A stretch of 49,070 nucleotides of DNA, from positions 1 to 49,070 of the forward strand of contig JAGVAS010000167.1 in NCBI GenBank assembly GCA_020060185.1, written 5' to 3'. Every line of letters begins with the position of its first letter. Within the stretch, counting starts at the first letter, position 1. The DNA is from Desulfovibrio sp. GTDB taxonomy: Bacteria > Bacillota > Dethiobacteria > DTU022 > UBA8154. This document shows, piece after piece, positions 1 to 9,723 of the stretch. The position numbers and the translations under genes were made by a program. The notes beneath the pieces were generated by a model. The model ran no database searches. It was not told the origin of the DNA and was given only the letters and a program-made list of their open reading frames with translations.

Positions 1-1
1 G

Positions 2-193
2 AGGAAAATACTGGGGATTGACGGCGGAAAGATGCCGGATCAGGAAGGCGAAGGGCAAAAGAAAAAGGTATTGGTCTTCAGGGTAACCCTCACCGATTCG
101 GAGGGACGGGTGCGCGGTTATCCCTACCGGACGATTGCTGTTCCGGAAGACTTTACCCTTGTAGTCGGATGTAAACCTACGGTACGGCCATAA
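2..193 (+). CDS. 3-prime end of an ORF entering from upstream of the window; function unknown. The tail VLVFRVTLTDSEG..RTIAVPEDFTL faintly resembles the start of a pRiA4b ORF-3-like domain.
   Basis: Frame 2 is open from position 2 to TAA at 191-193 (read by hand). It has no start in the window, so it is absent from the ORF track. It overlaps the convergent small ORF at 124-303, so one of the two may be a remnant. Confidence 0.25.
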   Translation, partial: RKILGIDGGKMPDQEGEGQKKKVLVFRVTLTDSEGRVRGYPYRTIAVPEDFTLVVGCKPTVRP

Positions 194-303
194 TTAAGCA
201 TAGGGAGAAAACCGCTTAGGACTTCGCCTAACAATGACCCGAATATACTGCCAAAGACAAGTAGAATGATCAGAATGCCCGTACCCTTTGTAACTTTCGG
301 CAA
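124..303 (-). CDS. Small membrane protein, DUF4321-like N-terminal half (59 aa), possibly 3-prime truncated
   Basis: TTG start at 303-301, 9 nt downstream of AAAAGGAG (reverse complement of 313-320). Product is PKVTKGTGILIILLVFGSIFGSLLGEVLSGFLPMLNYGRTVGLHPTT..., one TM helix followed by an LNYG-type motif as I remember for DUF4321. It is shorter than the family and below the 60-aa cutoff of the track. Confidence 0.35.
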   Translation of the reverse strand: MPKVTKGTGILIILLVFGSIFGSLLGEVLSGFLPMLNYGRTVGLHPTTRVKSSGTAIVR

Positions 304-421
304 ATGCTTCCACTCCTTTTCAGACGCTCATTTACTAATTCGACGCAATATGACAGATACCTTTCAGTAAAAAAACTCCCGCAATAAGCATAAGCCAGGG
401 AGTTAAGATGTTTTCACAAAA

Positions 422-952
422 TCACTGGTTGCCACTATTGGTTGCCCCTTTACTTTTCATAATTTTTTTCATCCCTTCGGTTGCCCTAATCGTGCCGTCG
501 CGCATAACCCATAGAGCTTCCACCCCTTCAATACTTTCTGCCAGCGCCAGGCTTTCCTCAAAAGGCATAAGGAATAAAGTGGTGGACATAAAATCCGCAA
601 CGCCCGAATCCTGGGCTACGACCGAGACGGCGTGATAGTATTCACCGGGCATGAGCGTTTTAGGATCAATCAAATGATGAATCACTTTGCCGTCAACGAT
701 ATAGAAACGTTCATAATTGTTATAAATATCATACAGCTTATGAAGTTCCTGGAAGCGTGCATGAATACTTTCGTAGTAACGATCAAATTCCTCTTTACTT
801 TTCGTAAAAGCCACGACCTGTGTCAGGGTATTAAAGGTATCAAAAAAACTATCAGAGTACTTCATATATTTCTGTTCGGGTTCTTTTCTGCAGCCTGCCA
901 GTGGAAACAGGAGCGCAAAGATTACGATGAAAATTATCGTTTTTCTTTTCAT
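422..952 (-). pseudogene. apbE: ApbE-family FAD:protein FMN transferase lipoprotein with a large in-frame internal deletion
   Basis: ATG at 952 follows AAAGGTG. Lipobox is FALLFPLAGC. The N-terminal ApbE-like block (SFFDTFNTLTQV...LHKLYDIYNNYE) runs directly into the C-terminal block (RFYIVDGKVIHHLIDPKTLMP...VVAQDSGVADFMSTTLFLM). The product is 176 aa, whereas I remember the family as about 300-350 aa. Confidence 0.55.
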
Positions 953-1012
953 ATGCATCACCTTTATTATCTTAGCAGAACTTGTTGTCAATTGAAAGGC
1001 TTCCAGAAAACC

Positions 1013-1039
1013 ACTCCCCCGTCCTTGGGACGGGGGAGT
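1013..1039 (-). terminator. Strong hairpin downstream of the lipoprotein-family gene
   Basis: The arm actcccccgtcc (1013-1024) pairs perfectly with ggacgggggagt (1028-1039). On the minus strand it is followed by GGTTTTCTGG. Confidence 0.5.
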
Positions 1040-1079
1040 TTGTATTGCTCTTTACTTACTTACTTACTTTACTAACTAC

Positions 1080-1802
1080 TTACTCGATGCTTCTGGCGTT
1101 AGCAGAAGCTTCTGCAACAGCAGCCAGGTATTCCTCAACCGTTATTGTCACAAGCGAAGTGAGTTCAGGTACATCGGGAACATTTTGATGCGCATCGTCC
1201 CGTACTTTAACTTTCAAACCGGTGATTTCAGCAACAGACTTGCCAACCATCCATTTTTCAAACTCTGCCATTTGTTCGTGCCAGTTTTTATTAATTGAAG
1301 AAACAGCACCCATGCCATATTCGTCGCCAATTTCCTTCTTGGTTTTCAGCACAGCATCACGGTTTGTTACTTTGCCTTGTGCATCAAATTGAACACGAAT
1401 CTGTGCGTTATCAATGATCGTACCAACAACGTTGCCGTCCTTGTCAAAGGCGGTGGCGGCCATCACTGTATCAACCTGGGCAACAGGAAGGACTTCGGCT
1501 TTGTCCCCTTCGGCAGCGGCATAATCCTTCGACTTGGCAATGGAGATCTCGTGGCCAAGGCCCAATTTTACAGCATCTTTAACTTCAATCGCATTCTCAT
1601 AAGCTTTTTCCACGGCTTCGATGTAATCTTCGACCGAGATCATGACCAGTGAAGTCAGTTCAGGCACATCGGGAACAGCCGGATGCGTTGCATCACGTTC
1701 TTTCGTCTTCATAGCCTTAATTTCTTCAACAGTCTTACCAACCATCCTCACTGGAAGGCATAGCTCATTGTCACTGGGAAATGGGAGAGATGGAAGCGGC
1801 AA
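1080..1802 (-). pseudogene. Conserved Firmicute exported/lipoprotein family of unknown function, apparently 5-prime truncated (no signal peptide)
   Basis: ORF track, 240 aa. Two copies of a roughly 50-aa module are present: MVGKTVEEIKAMKTKERDATHPAVPDVPELTSLVMISVEDYIEAVEKA and MVGKSVAEITGLKVKVRDDAHQNVPDVPELTSLVTITVEEYLAAVAEA. The first copy sits at the very N-terminus with no signal peptide or lipobox upstream. Confidence 0.4.
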
Positions 1803-2210
1803 TTACTTTATTTAACGAGTTGTCAGGCTTAAACCCCTGTTTAACGTTACCTTCCTAGACAGGGCAGGGATAATGGCGGTAGTAGAAGTTTAGATCTAGA
1901 ATACCTTCTAGAATGGCCAAGGAGTTTGGAAGAATTAAAAAAGGGAACGAGGACTTGTATAGCTTTTTGCTTATGCCAATGGAGAGTAATCTATTAAAGC
2001 TTTATAGAAATAATATAATTGGATAATAGGGGAGGGGACCTTAAGGGTTATTACACCAGTGCAAAATCTTTGAAATTTGGAATTTATTTCGTCCTTTTCT
2101 TTTTTGCAGCAGGAATTTCAGTGCTCACTGTCGAACATATATACGTATACAATGTGCACTGTTTTTTTCGTGTCAAACAGGGCAGAGATGTGCTAAAATA
2201 AAGGAAAGTC

Positions 2211-2609
2211 ATGGAATTTAATTTTTTGCAGCTGCACTTAAAGAGGCATAACTGGAGGGAGTATCTGAAAAGGGATAATCCTGCTGCGGCCGACCTTATG
2301 AGCTGTATGGATTATAGGAAAGAGGAAAAAGTACAGCTAAAGGTAGAGTTTCTGAAGATGATCCTTCGTATTCGCTTGGATCCGGCCAGGATGCAGCTTT
2401 TGATCGGTTTTTTTGAGACCTATGCGCAGCTTACGCTGCAGGAGGAAGAAGTGGTCCAGCGGAAGCTGGCTGAAGAATTACCCCCCGAGGAGGTGAGGGA
2501 AATGACGGAAATTATTACTTCATACCATCTGCGTGGAAGAGAAGAAGGAAGAGAAGAAGGAAGAAAAGAAGGTAATATCACTGCACTGCTTTATCCTGGA
2601 TATGGGTGA
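2211..2609 (+). pseudogene. C-terminal fragment of an Rpn-family recombination-promoting nuclease / putative transposase (YhgA-like)
   Basis: NWREYLKRDNPAAADLMSCMDYRKEEKVQLKVEFLKMILRIRLDPARMQLLIGFFETYAQL...[14 protein letters not shown] matches the C-terminal part of the family as I remember it. The N-terminal PD-(D/E)XK nuclease domain is absent. Confidence 0.6.
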
Positions 2610-2690
2610 GCCGGTAAAGATCGTTGATCTGGCCAGGGATATGATCCTTTTGTCCGGCCTAAAGCCGGGGAAGGATATTGAGATCACCGG
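2602..2690 (+). pseudogene. Short 3-prime fragment of a CapD/WbpM-type polysaccharide biosynthesis (nucleotide-sugar dehydratase/epimerase) gene
   Basis: [30 protein letters not shown] lies within ORF 2533..2742. This is the conserved C-terminal motif of CapD-like proteins, and nothing else of that gene is present. Confidence 0.5.
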
Positions 2691-2822
2691 AACAATATCC
2701 AGACTGATAGAAGGACTGATGAGAAAGGCTAGAGGGGGTTAAGTTAAGGACGTCTGGGGGACGGGGTTGCTGACACTATATTACCTCAAATAAGTTACTA
2801 AAAATTATTAAATCACCTGAGG

Positions 2823-3725
2823 GTGGTGAATGTTTTGTCGGGAAAGAGGATTAAAAAAGCCGTCATACCGGCTGCAGGCATGGGCACCCGCTTTTTACCT
2901 GCCACCAAGGCCCAGCCCAAGGAAATGCTTCCCATCGTGGACAAGCCGACCATCCAGTATGTGGTGGAGGAGGCTGTGGCTGCGGGAATAGAGGATATTT
3001 TAATTATTACGGGGCGAAATAAGCGGGCTATCGAGGACCATTTCGACCACTGTGTGGAGATTGAGGCCACCCTTCAGGCCAGGGGGAAAGAGGAAGAACT
3101 GAAAATGGTCCGCGATATATCCGCCATGGTGGATATTCACTATGTCCGCCAGAAAGAGCCCCTGGGCCTTGGACATGCCGTCTACTGTGCCCGCAAGTTC
3201 GTGGGGAGCGAACCTTTTGCGGTACTGCTGGGCGATGACATTATCAATAGCGATGTCCCCTGTATCAGGCAGCTAATCGATGTTTACGAGGAAAGAGGGG
3301 GTACAGTGCTGGGAGTTCAGCACGTGGACTGGAATGATGTACATAAGTATGGTATCGTAAGCTCCTACTCTACAAATGGTCCTATCTGCCGGGTAGGAAG
3401 CCTGGTCGAGAAGCCATTACGTGAGAAGGCCCCTTCAAATCTGGCGGTGTTGGGGCGTTATGTTATTGAACCAGAGATTTTTGCTGTTCTGGAGCAGACA
3501 CAACCGGGTTCAGGAGGAGAAATACAATTAACAGATGCTTTAAACGAGCTTGCTCAATCCAGGCCTGTTTGGGCCTATACCTTTACCGGTAAACGTTATG
3601 ATGTGGGGGACAAGCTTGGCTTTTTAGAGGCTACGGTTGAATACGCGCTGCGAAGGGATGACTTGGCCCGGGGCTTTGCTGATTACCTGCGCCGCCTGGT
3701 CAGGGAAGACCCCCACTTGCGGTAA
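2823..3725 (+). CDS. galU: UTP--glucose-1-phosphate uridylyltransferase
   Basis: 300 aa with KKAVIPAAGMGTRFLPATKAQPKEMLPIVDKPTIQYVVEEAVAAGIEDILIITGRNKRAIEDHFD. GTG start at 2823; TTG at 2835 is an alternative. Confidence 0.9.
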   Translation: MVNVLSGKRIKKAVIPAAGMGTRFLPATKAQPKEMLPIVDKPTIQYVVEEAVAAGIEDILIITGRNKRAIEDHFDHCVEIEATLQARGKEEELKMVRDISAMVDIHYVRQKEPLGLGHAVYCARKFVGSEPFAVLLGDDIINSDVPCIRQLIDVYEERGGTVLGVQHVDWNDVHKYGIVSSYSTNGPICRVGSLVEKPLREKAPSNLAVLGRYVIEPEIFAVLEQTQPGSGGEIQLTDALNELAQSRPVWAYTFTGKRYDVGDKLGFLEATVEYALRRDDLARGFADYLRRLVREDPHLR

Positions 3726-3938
3726 TGATCTGAGATAGTTTGCTCACGAGTCCATATATTTTCGGGGACAGTATACTGGTATAGAATTGGAATGGTATAA
3801 TCGAAATAACTTTAGGCGGGTCAATTATTTAACCAAGGTTATAGGTTTTTTTTGCTGTGACTCGGTAATACGTGATGAGGTGCAGGAGTTTTTGAACAAA
3901 TATAAATTTAACTCCAAAAGCTAAGTATAAGGGTTTAG

Positions 3939-4933
<995 letters not shown>

Positions 4934-5120
4934 ACATATAATTTTTACATTCAAGGAGCATTTTCCTGGAACAGCGGTAAAATTAACTATATTATTTTAC
5001 ATGTTTAGTTTCTTACTATCCCTAAAATGCATTTTTAGGGGTTTTTTGTATTTTTGCAGGGAAAAAGGAAGTCTTTATGGAATTACTTTCAGAATAAGAA
5101 CTAGTAGCGAGGTAAGGTTG

Positions 5121-6470
5121 ATGCGCTGGACTTTGTTGGGAAAGGTTTTTGGGGATTTATTGTTAGTTAACCTGGGTTTTTTATTAGCCTTTCTGATCAG
5201 GTTCAGCGGGAAGCTGCCGCCGGGAAACTGGCAGGCTTACCTCAATCTTGTGCCCTGGATTACTTTAGCTGCGTTTATTCTTTTTTACATTTATGGCCTT
5301 TATACTCCAGGCCGCCGGCGCTGGGAGGAGATCTTCTCTTCCTTGATCTGTGCCGTAGCCATTCTTTTTATAACGTCAATGGCTTTGTCTTTTTTCTTCC
5401 ACCAGTTTGCATTTCCCCGTTCTATTTTTCTTTTGACTGCACCTTTGCAACTGTTATTTTTGGGCCTGTGGCGCCGTTTTGCGTGGGCATGGGCTTTGAA
5501 GCGCATGGGCCCCCTGAGGCTGCTGTTGATAGGTCCTGAATCAAGGGTCATTGAGAGGGCCCGGGCAATTGTAAATGAAGATCCCCAGATGTACCAGGTT
5601 GTTGGTTTACTGGTGGAGAAGCCTAAACCAGGTTGCCAGGAAGATGATTTTCCTTTACTGGGTTCTTACGACGATATCACGCATGTTTTGGGTAATGTGA
5701 ATGCTAACGGTGTTCTTTTTTGTACCAATATCCCACTTGAAAAGCGAGTTTCAATGATAAATGAAGTTGCCTTACATAATTTATCGGTTTTTGTGATCCC
5801 TGATATGTACGATATTCTTGTATCTCAGTCGCAGTTGGAGCATTTTAATGGTATTCCTGTTTTTCGCCTTTCCGGTTTAGTTAGGCAACCGGTAAGAGCT
5901 TGGAAACGGATCATGGATATTGTTATGGCGCTGATTTTTAGTGTAATCTCCCTTCCCTTGATTTGCTTGGCTGCTGTAGCGATAAAGATTGAATCTCCCC
6001 GTGGATCTATTTTTTATCGTCAGGAACGGGTTGGCCAGGGAGGGAAGATATTTAATTTAATTAAATTGCGTACTATGGTTCCAGATGCTGAAAATGATAC
6101 TGGACCGGTCTTGGCTGCAAAAAGCGACCGGCGCATTACGAAGGTGGGTTTAATACTCAGGATCACCCGTATAGACGAGCTTCCCCAGCTATGGAATGTT
6201 CTTAAGGGGGATATGAGTTTTATCGGCCCGCGGCCGGAACGCCCTGTTTTTGTAAACCAGTATCGAAAAAAAATTCCTGGTTATGAGTACAGGCACCAGC
6301 TTCAGGCGGGTATTACCGGCCTGGCCCAGGTAGAAGGAAAATACAGCACACCTCCTGAAGATAAACTCCGTTTTGATCTCCTGTATGCGAAAACTGTTTC
6401 TCCGCTGCAAGATATACAGATTCTTTTACATACCCTCAAAGTAATGTTAATGAAAGATAAGACTTCATAA
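5121..6470 (+). CDS. Polyprenyl-phosphate glycosyl-1-phosphate transferase (WbaP/EpsB-type priming sugar transferase)
   Basis: C-terminal bacterial sugar transferase domain: KRIMDIVMALIFSVISLPL...IFYRQERVGQGGKIFNLIKLRTM...DELPQLWNVLKGDMSFIGPRPERP...GITGLAQV. N-terminal TM helices are present. ATG at 5121 with GAGGTAAGG upstream is preferred over the ORF-track start at 5001. Confidence 0.85.
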   Translation: MRWTLLGKVFGDLLLVNLGFLLAFLIRFSGKLPPGNWQAYLNLVPWITLAAFILFYIYGLYTPGRRRWEEIFSSLICAVAILFITSMALSFFFHQFAFPRSIFLLTAPLQLLFLGLWRRFAWAWALKRMGPLRLLLIGPESRVIERARAIVNEDPQMYQVVGLLVEKPKPGCQEDDFPLLGSYDDITHVLGNVNANGVLFCTNIPLEKRVSMINEVALHNLSVFVIPDMYDILVSQSQLEHFNGIPVFRLSGLVRQPVRAWKRIMDIVMALIFSVISLPLICLAAVAIKIESPRGSIFYRQERVGQGGKIFNLIKLRTMVPDAENDTGPVLAAKSDRRITKVGLILRITRIDELPQLWNVLKGDMSFIGPRPERPVFVNQYRKKIPGYEYRHQLQAGITGLAQVEGKYSTPPEDKLRFDLLYAKTVSPLQDIQILLHTLKVMLMKDKTS

Positions 6471-6928
6471 CAATAAATTGTTAGTGAAAGAAATCAGGTC
6501 GTATTTCAATGGCAGAAAGGATAGCTGATGTTGGTAAGAAGATAACCGCTATATGCCCTAACAGCCAGGAACTCTGCAGCAAGACAATTTCGGATTACAG
6601 AGGGAAAGCATGTCTACAAATGAGGAGGCTGAGGCAGAAGACTTCCAGAGAAACCCGGGTCTTCCTTTTTAAACCGCATGACCGTATCATCCGGTTGCTG
6701 GGAATCATGGTGTTCCTGGAAGAAACAACCAAAGAATTTAATGGCATGTTGTGATATAATTAGTAATAAATACAGTGGATGTAATTTGTAGAAGAGATTT
6801 TTATATTAGCGAGTTTTGGAGATTTGCGAATTTAGCATCATCAGGTTACTGCTCTGGCAGATTATTAGTATACGAAAGGAGGAAGGCAGGGATAGGGATT
6901 TCCTCTCCCGAATACATTCGGGAGCTCC

Positions 6929-7432
6929 TTGCTGGTATTTTTCATGAATGACCAGGACTTAATTTATAGTAAACGTTCTCAAGCTCAAAGGCAGCAATCA
7001 AGTAATAAATCCCAGAAGAGACTGCGGAAAGAAAGGCAAAAAACAGCCATGTCTTTTCTTCTTATTATGTTATTGTGGGCAGGATTTATTTATGGAGGTT
7101 ACTTTTACGCGCTAAAACATCTGCAAGAGACGGAGCAGCATGTTTCCAATCAGATTAACGAATTGAAGCTAGAAAACCAGCGCATCGAAAAAGAGATAAC
7201 AGGAGCAATGCAGCTGTTTCATAATGAGCTGGACAGTTACAAGGAAGAGATTCAGCAAGTTCGCAGCGAGATGAATATGATTCAGGAGGAGCTGGAGCTG
7301 ACGGGTGAGTCCATAACCGGAACGGACAAAACGCGTCAAAGCTTACAGGAACGAATGGCGGAATTAGATAAGCAATTGGCTGCTTTAAAAGAACAATTAC
7401 GCAAACTGGAGGAAGCTGTTCGTGCGTTATAA
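6929..7432 (+). CDS. Membrane-anchored coiled-coil protein, function unknown
   Basis: Basic N-terminus, one TM helix (MSFLLIMLLWAGFIYGGYFYAL), then about 100 aa of heptad-like E/K/Q/L-rich sequence. TTG at 6929 lies 4 nt after GGGAG; ATG at 6944 is an alternative. The 3-prime end overlaps the next gene by 11 nt. Confidence 0.55.
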   Translation: MLVFFMNDQDLIYSKRSQAQRQQSSNKSQKRLRKERQKTAMSFLLIMLLWAGFIYGGYFYALKHLQETEQHVSNQINELKLENQRIEKEITGAMQLFHNELDSYKEEIQQVRSEMNMIQEELELTGESITGTDKTRQSLQERMAELDKQLAALKEQLRKLEEAVRAL

Positions 7433-8513
7433 ATTACAATTATTTATTATCTTTGTGCTGGCTCCTTTTATCGGATTGGGAATCGCTTACGCACAATTAC
7501 AGCCTTTTTCTTTAGATGAAATGGAGACCCTGGCTATAAAGGGAGATGCATTTCAGGAGGAGGCTTATATTATATCCAGGCAATTACTTGATTTGCAGGA
7601 TTCAATCCGGGAGGTGCGGGTAACAGCAGAAACAGCAGGCCGGTTAATCAACCTGATACGTAAAAATGCAGATGATGAGCTGCGGGCTTATGAAGAGCAG
7701 CATGCGTATTTGCAGGGTTTGCTTGCCGCGTCGGTTGAGCAGAGGCGCGCTTCCATTGATATGCTCGATACTGTGCTGGCAAATTTGCTGGGGGATCCCA
7801 TCGGGCAAACCTTTGGTGAAAATGCCACCATTAAAGTCTACTCCCTGGAAGAGGCGGGGTACCGGGGGTATATGGCCAAGGTACGGCTGCATAATCCTAA
7901 GGCGGTAAGAATGGTCCTGGCAGAGGACCGTGTTAATAGCCAGGGGGAAACAACGAGTGCTGCTGCAAAGCGTACCGGCGCGGTATTGGCGGTTAATGCC
8001 GGAGGCTTTTTCGCTCACGAGGGGAGTTTAGTCCCCCTGGGCATCACGGTGATTGACGGAGAGGTGCTTACCTTTTCCACTTATGATTCTGACTTAAGTT
8101 TTGTCGGCTTTAATCGCAGCGGACAGCTTGTCGGGGGGCGGGTCGAAACGAAAGAACAGCTATTGGAGCTGGACGTTTTGCATGGAGCCAGCTTTTTGCC
8201 GACATTGTTGCAAGATGGGAAAAAGCAGCCCATTCCAGCAGCATGGGCTAACACCAGGCATCCCCGTACACTAATCGGCCACTTTGAAAATGGCGATCTT
8301 CTTTTTATTGTTATCGATGGGCGAAGGCAGGGTTGGAGCATGGGTGTGACGTTGGAAGAAGCACAGGGAAAGTTATTGGAGTTTAAAGTTCGGGATGCTT
8401 ATAATTTAGATGGAGGGGGTTCCAGTACTTTCTACTATAATGGAAGCGTTTTAAATCGTCCTTCCGGCGGCACAGAAAGACGAGTAACGACGAATATTGT
8501 TGTAATCCCATGA
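7422..8513 (+). CDS. Phosphodiester glycosidase family protein (NAGPA / uncovering-enzyme-like, DUF2233)
   Basis: N-terminal signal/TM, a coiled-coil stretch, then AVLAVNAGGFF...PRTLIGHFENGDLLFIVIDGRRQGWSMGVTLEEAQ..LLEFKVRDAYNLDGGGSSTFYYNG. Confidence 0.75.
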   Translation: MRYKLQLFIIFVLAPFIGLGIAYAQLQPFSLDEMETLAIKGDAFQEEAYIISRQLLDLQDSIREVRVTAETAGRLINLIRKNADDELRAYEEQHAYLQGLLAASVEQRRASIDMLDTVLANLLGDPIGQTFGENATIKVYSLEEAGYRGYMAKVRLHNPKAVRMVLAEDRVNSQGETTSAAAKRTGAVLAVNAGGFFAHEGSLVPLGITVIDGEVLTFSTYDSDLSFVGFNRSGQLVGGRVETKEQLLELDVLHGASFLPTLLQDGKKQPIPAAWANTRHPRTLIGHFENGDLLFIVIDGRRQGWSMGVTLEEAQGKLLEFKVRDAYNLDGGGSSTFYYNGSVLNRPSGGTERRVTTNIVVIP

Positions 8514-8729
8514 CAAAGAACAAAAAACTGAATTAACTGGCTGGAACTGGAAACGTTCCGATACCCTTCTTTATAATAAACCCTAAATTCTGAGCTCTGG
8601 TGCTGGATGTCGAACAACTTTATTTAAAAAAATTAAGGGAAGGATTCAGCTCTTGAGCGAGAGTATAAAAAGTCACCGGAGGTCGAAAAGCAAAAAGAGC
8701 TGGAAGATATAGTAAAAAAGAAAAAAAGC

Positions 8730-8925
8730 GAAATTGATACGTATATAAGGCTCCTTGATACGATAAAAGCTTATACTTCCGGTGCTGATGCACTTATCCT
8801 GGTAACGGAGTGGGGAGAGTTCAAGGGGCTTGACTTGGTAAAGGTTAAGGAAGCCATGTCCGGGGATGTTTTCCTGGACGGGAGGAATGTATTTGACCCG
8901 AAGGTGATGAAGTCAAAAAGTTACG
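8730..8925 (+). pseudogene. ugd: C-terminal fragment of UDP-glucose/GDP-mannose 6-dehydrogenase
   Basis: Hand translation gives ..AYTSGADALILVTEWGEFKGLDLVKVKEAMSGDVFLDGRNVFDPKVMK.., the conserved C-terminal domain motif. There is no N-terminal Rossmann part and no start codon. Confidence 0.6.
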
Positions 8926-8991
8926 GGACAGCTTTAAATTTTTATTCTATACCCCAAATATACCGGAAATTAACGTATAGTTAATTAAGGA

Positions 8992-9723
8992 GTGAAGGAT
9001 TTGCAGGACTTGGAAGCTGCAGTCTACGAGATACAGCGGGGAAACGAACGGTTGCGCGAAGAACTGATCAGCTCCCAAAAAGAATTTATACATAAGTATA
9101 CCTGCTTTATCTGCAAAAGTCGCCTTGAGTGGCAAAATGATGATGAATTAAGTATTACTCTCATTGCTTTTAACAGGGCCATCGATACTTTTGACGCCGC
9201 CCGGAATAATAACTTCCTGGCTTATGCCAGGCTTCTCATGCGGAACAGCCTGGTAGATTACTTCCGCAGCCGGGAGAAGTTCCAGCCTGTGAGTATTGAA
9301 TCTGGTAGGGATGAAGTCCCCTCCCTTACGGAAGTTGCCGCTTCCCGGGAGAGCTACCTCAGGGAAATAGAGAGCAGGGAGACCGCTTATGAGGTGCAAA
9401 TATTCAAAGATGTTCTGGCAAAGTTTGGCCTATCCCTGAGGGAACTTGTCAAAAAATCCCCCTGTCACCGGGATACTCGGGAGCAGTTAAAAAAAGCGGT
9501 AGAGAGGATCGCCCGGGAGCCGGGAATGGTTAACACAATTTACCGCAGCAAAAGGCTGCCCCTGCAGGAGATTCAGCTTTTGACAGGGGTTAAAAGAAAG
9601 ACCCTGCAGAAATGGCGCCAGTACCTTTTATCATTAATTATCATCCTAACCAGCGGAGAAATGGAAAGCCTCGTTGAATACATCTGGGGAAGGAGGATGA
9701 GCGGTCAAGATGGAGAAGGTTAA
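8992..9723 (+). CDS. sigI: RNA polymerase sigma factor SigI
   Basis: ..NDDELSITLIAFNRAIDTFDAARNNNFLAYARLLMRNSLVDYFRSREK.. is SigI-like, and the gene is followed by and overlaps an RsgI-type anti-sigma gene. TTG at 9001, 8 nt after AAGGAG, is the more likely start. Confidence 0.8.
   Translation: MKDLQDLEAAVYEIQRGNERLREELISSQKEFIHKYTCFICKSRLEWQNDDELSITLIAFNRAIDTFDAARNNNFLAYARLLMRNSLVDYFRSREKFQPVSIESGRDEVPSLTEVAASRESYLREIESRETAYEVQIFKDVLAKFGLSLRELVKKSPCHRDTREQLKKAVERIAREPGMVNTIYRSKRLPLQEIQLLTGVKRKTLQKWRQYLLSLIIILTSGEMESLVEYIWGRRMSGQDGEG

Noticed and set aside
1047-1086. A TTAC-rich microsatellite-like run (tttacttacttacttactttactaactacttac) that might act as a phase-variation tract.
   Set aside because: It is short and imperfect. 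It lies between the stop codon and terminator of a gene that is already truncated, so I see no plausible regulatory consequence.
2528-2565. A gaagaaggaaga-type repeat that looked at first like a short tandem array.
   Set aside because: It encodes the [14 protein letters not shown] low-complexity tail typical of the Rpn-family C-terminus. It is not a CRISPR or a non-coding repeat. I found no CRISPR-like repeat-spacer structure anywhere in the window.
6565-6719. An 8-nt long-range complement (ccaggaac at 6565-6572, gttcctgg at 6712-6719) enclosing smaller hairpins in the 458-nt gap after the sugar transferase. I considered it as a riboswitch or ncRNA.
   Set aside because: One 8-mer complement within about 450 nt is expected by chance. 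I could not match any riboswitch consensus that I know (c-di-GMP, SAM, cobalamin). The gaagac/gtcttc hairpin plus T run at 6637-6670 may simply be a weak terminator.
6509-6754. Track ORF of 81 aa in the gap after the sugar transferase.
   Set aside because: It has no SD, no recognisable motif and a mixed composition. It overlaps the terminator-like hairpin. I left it uncalled.
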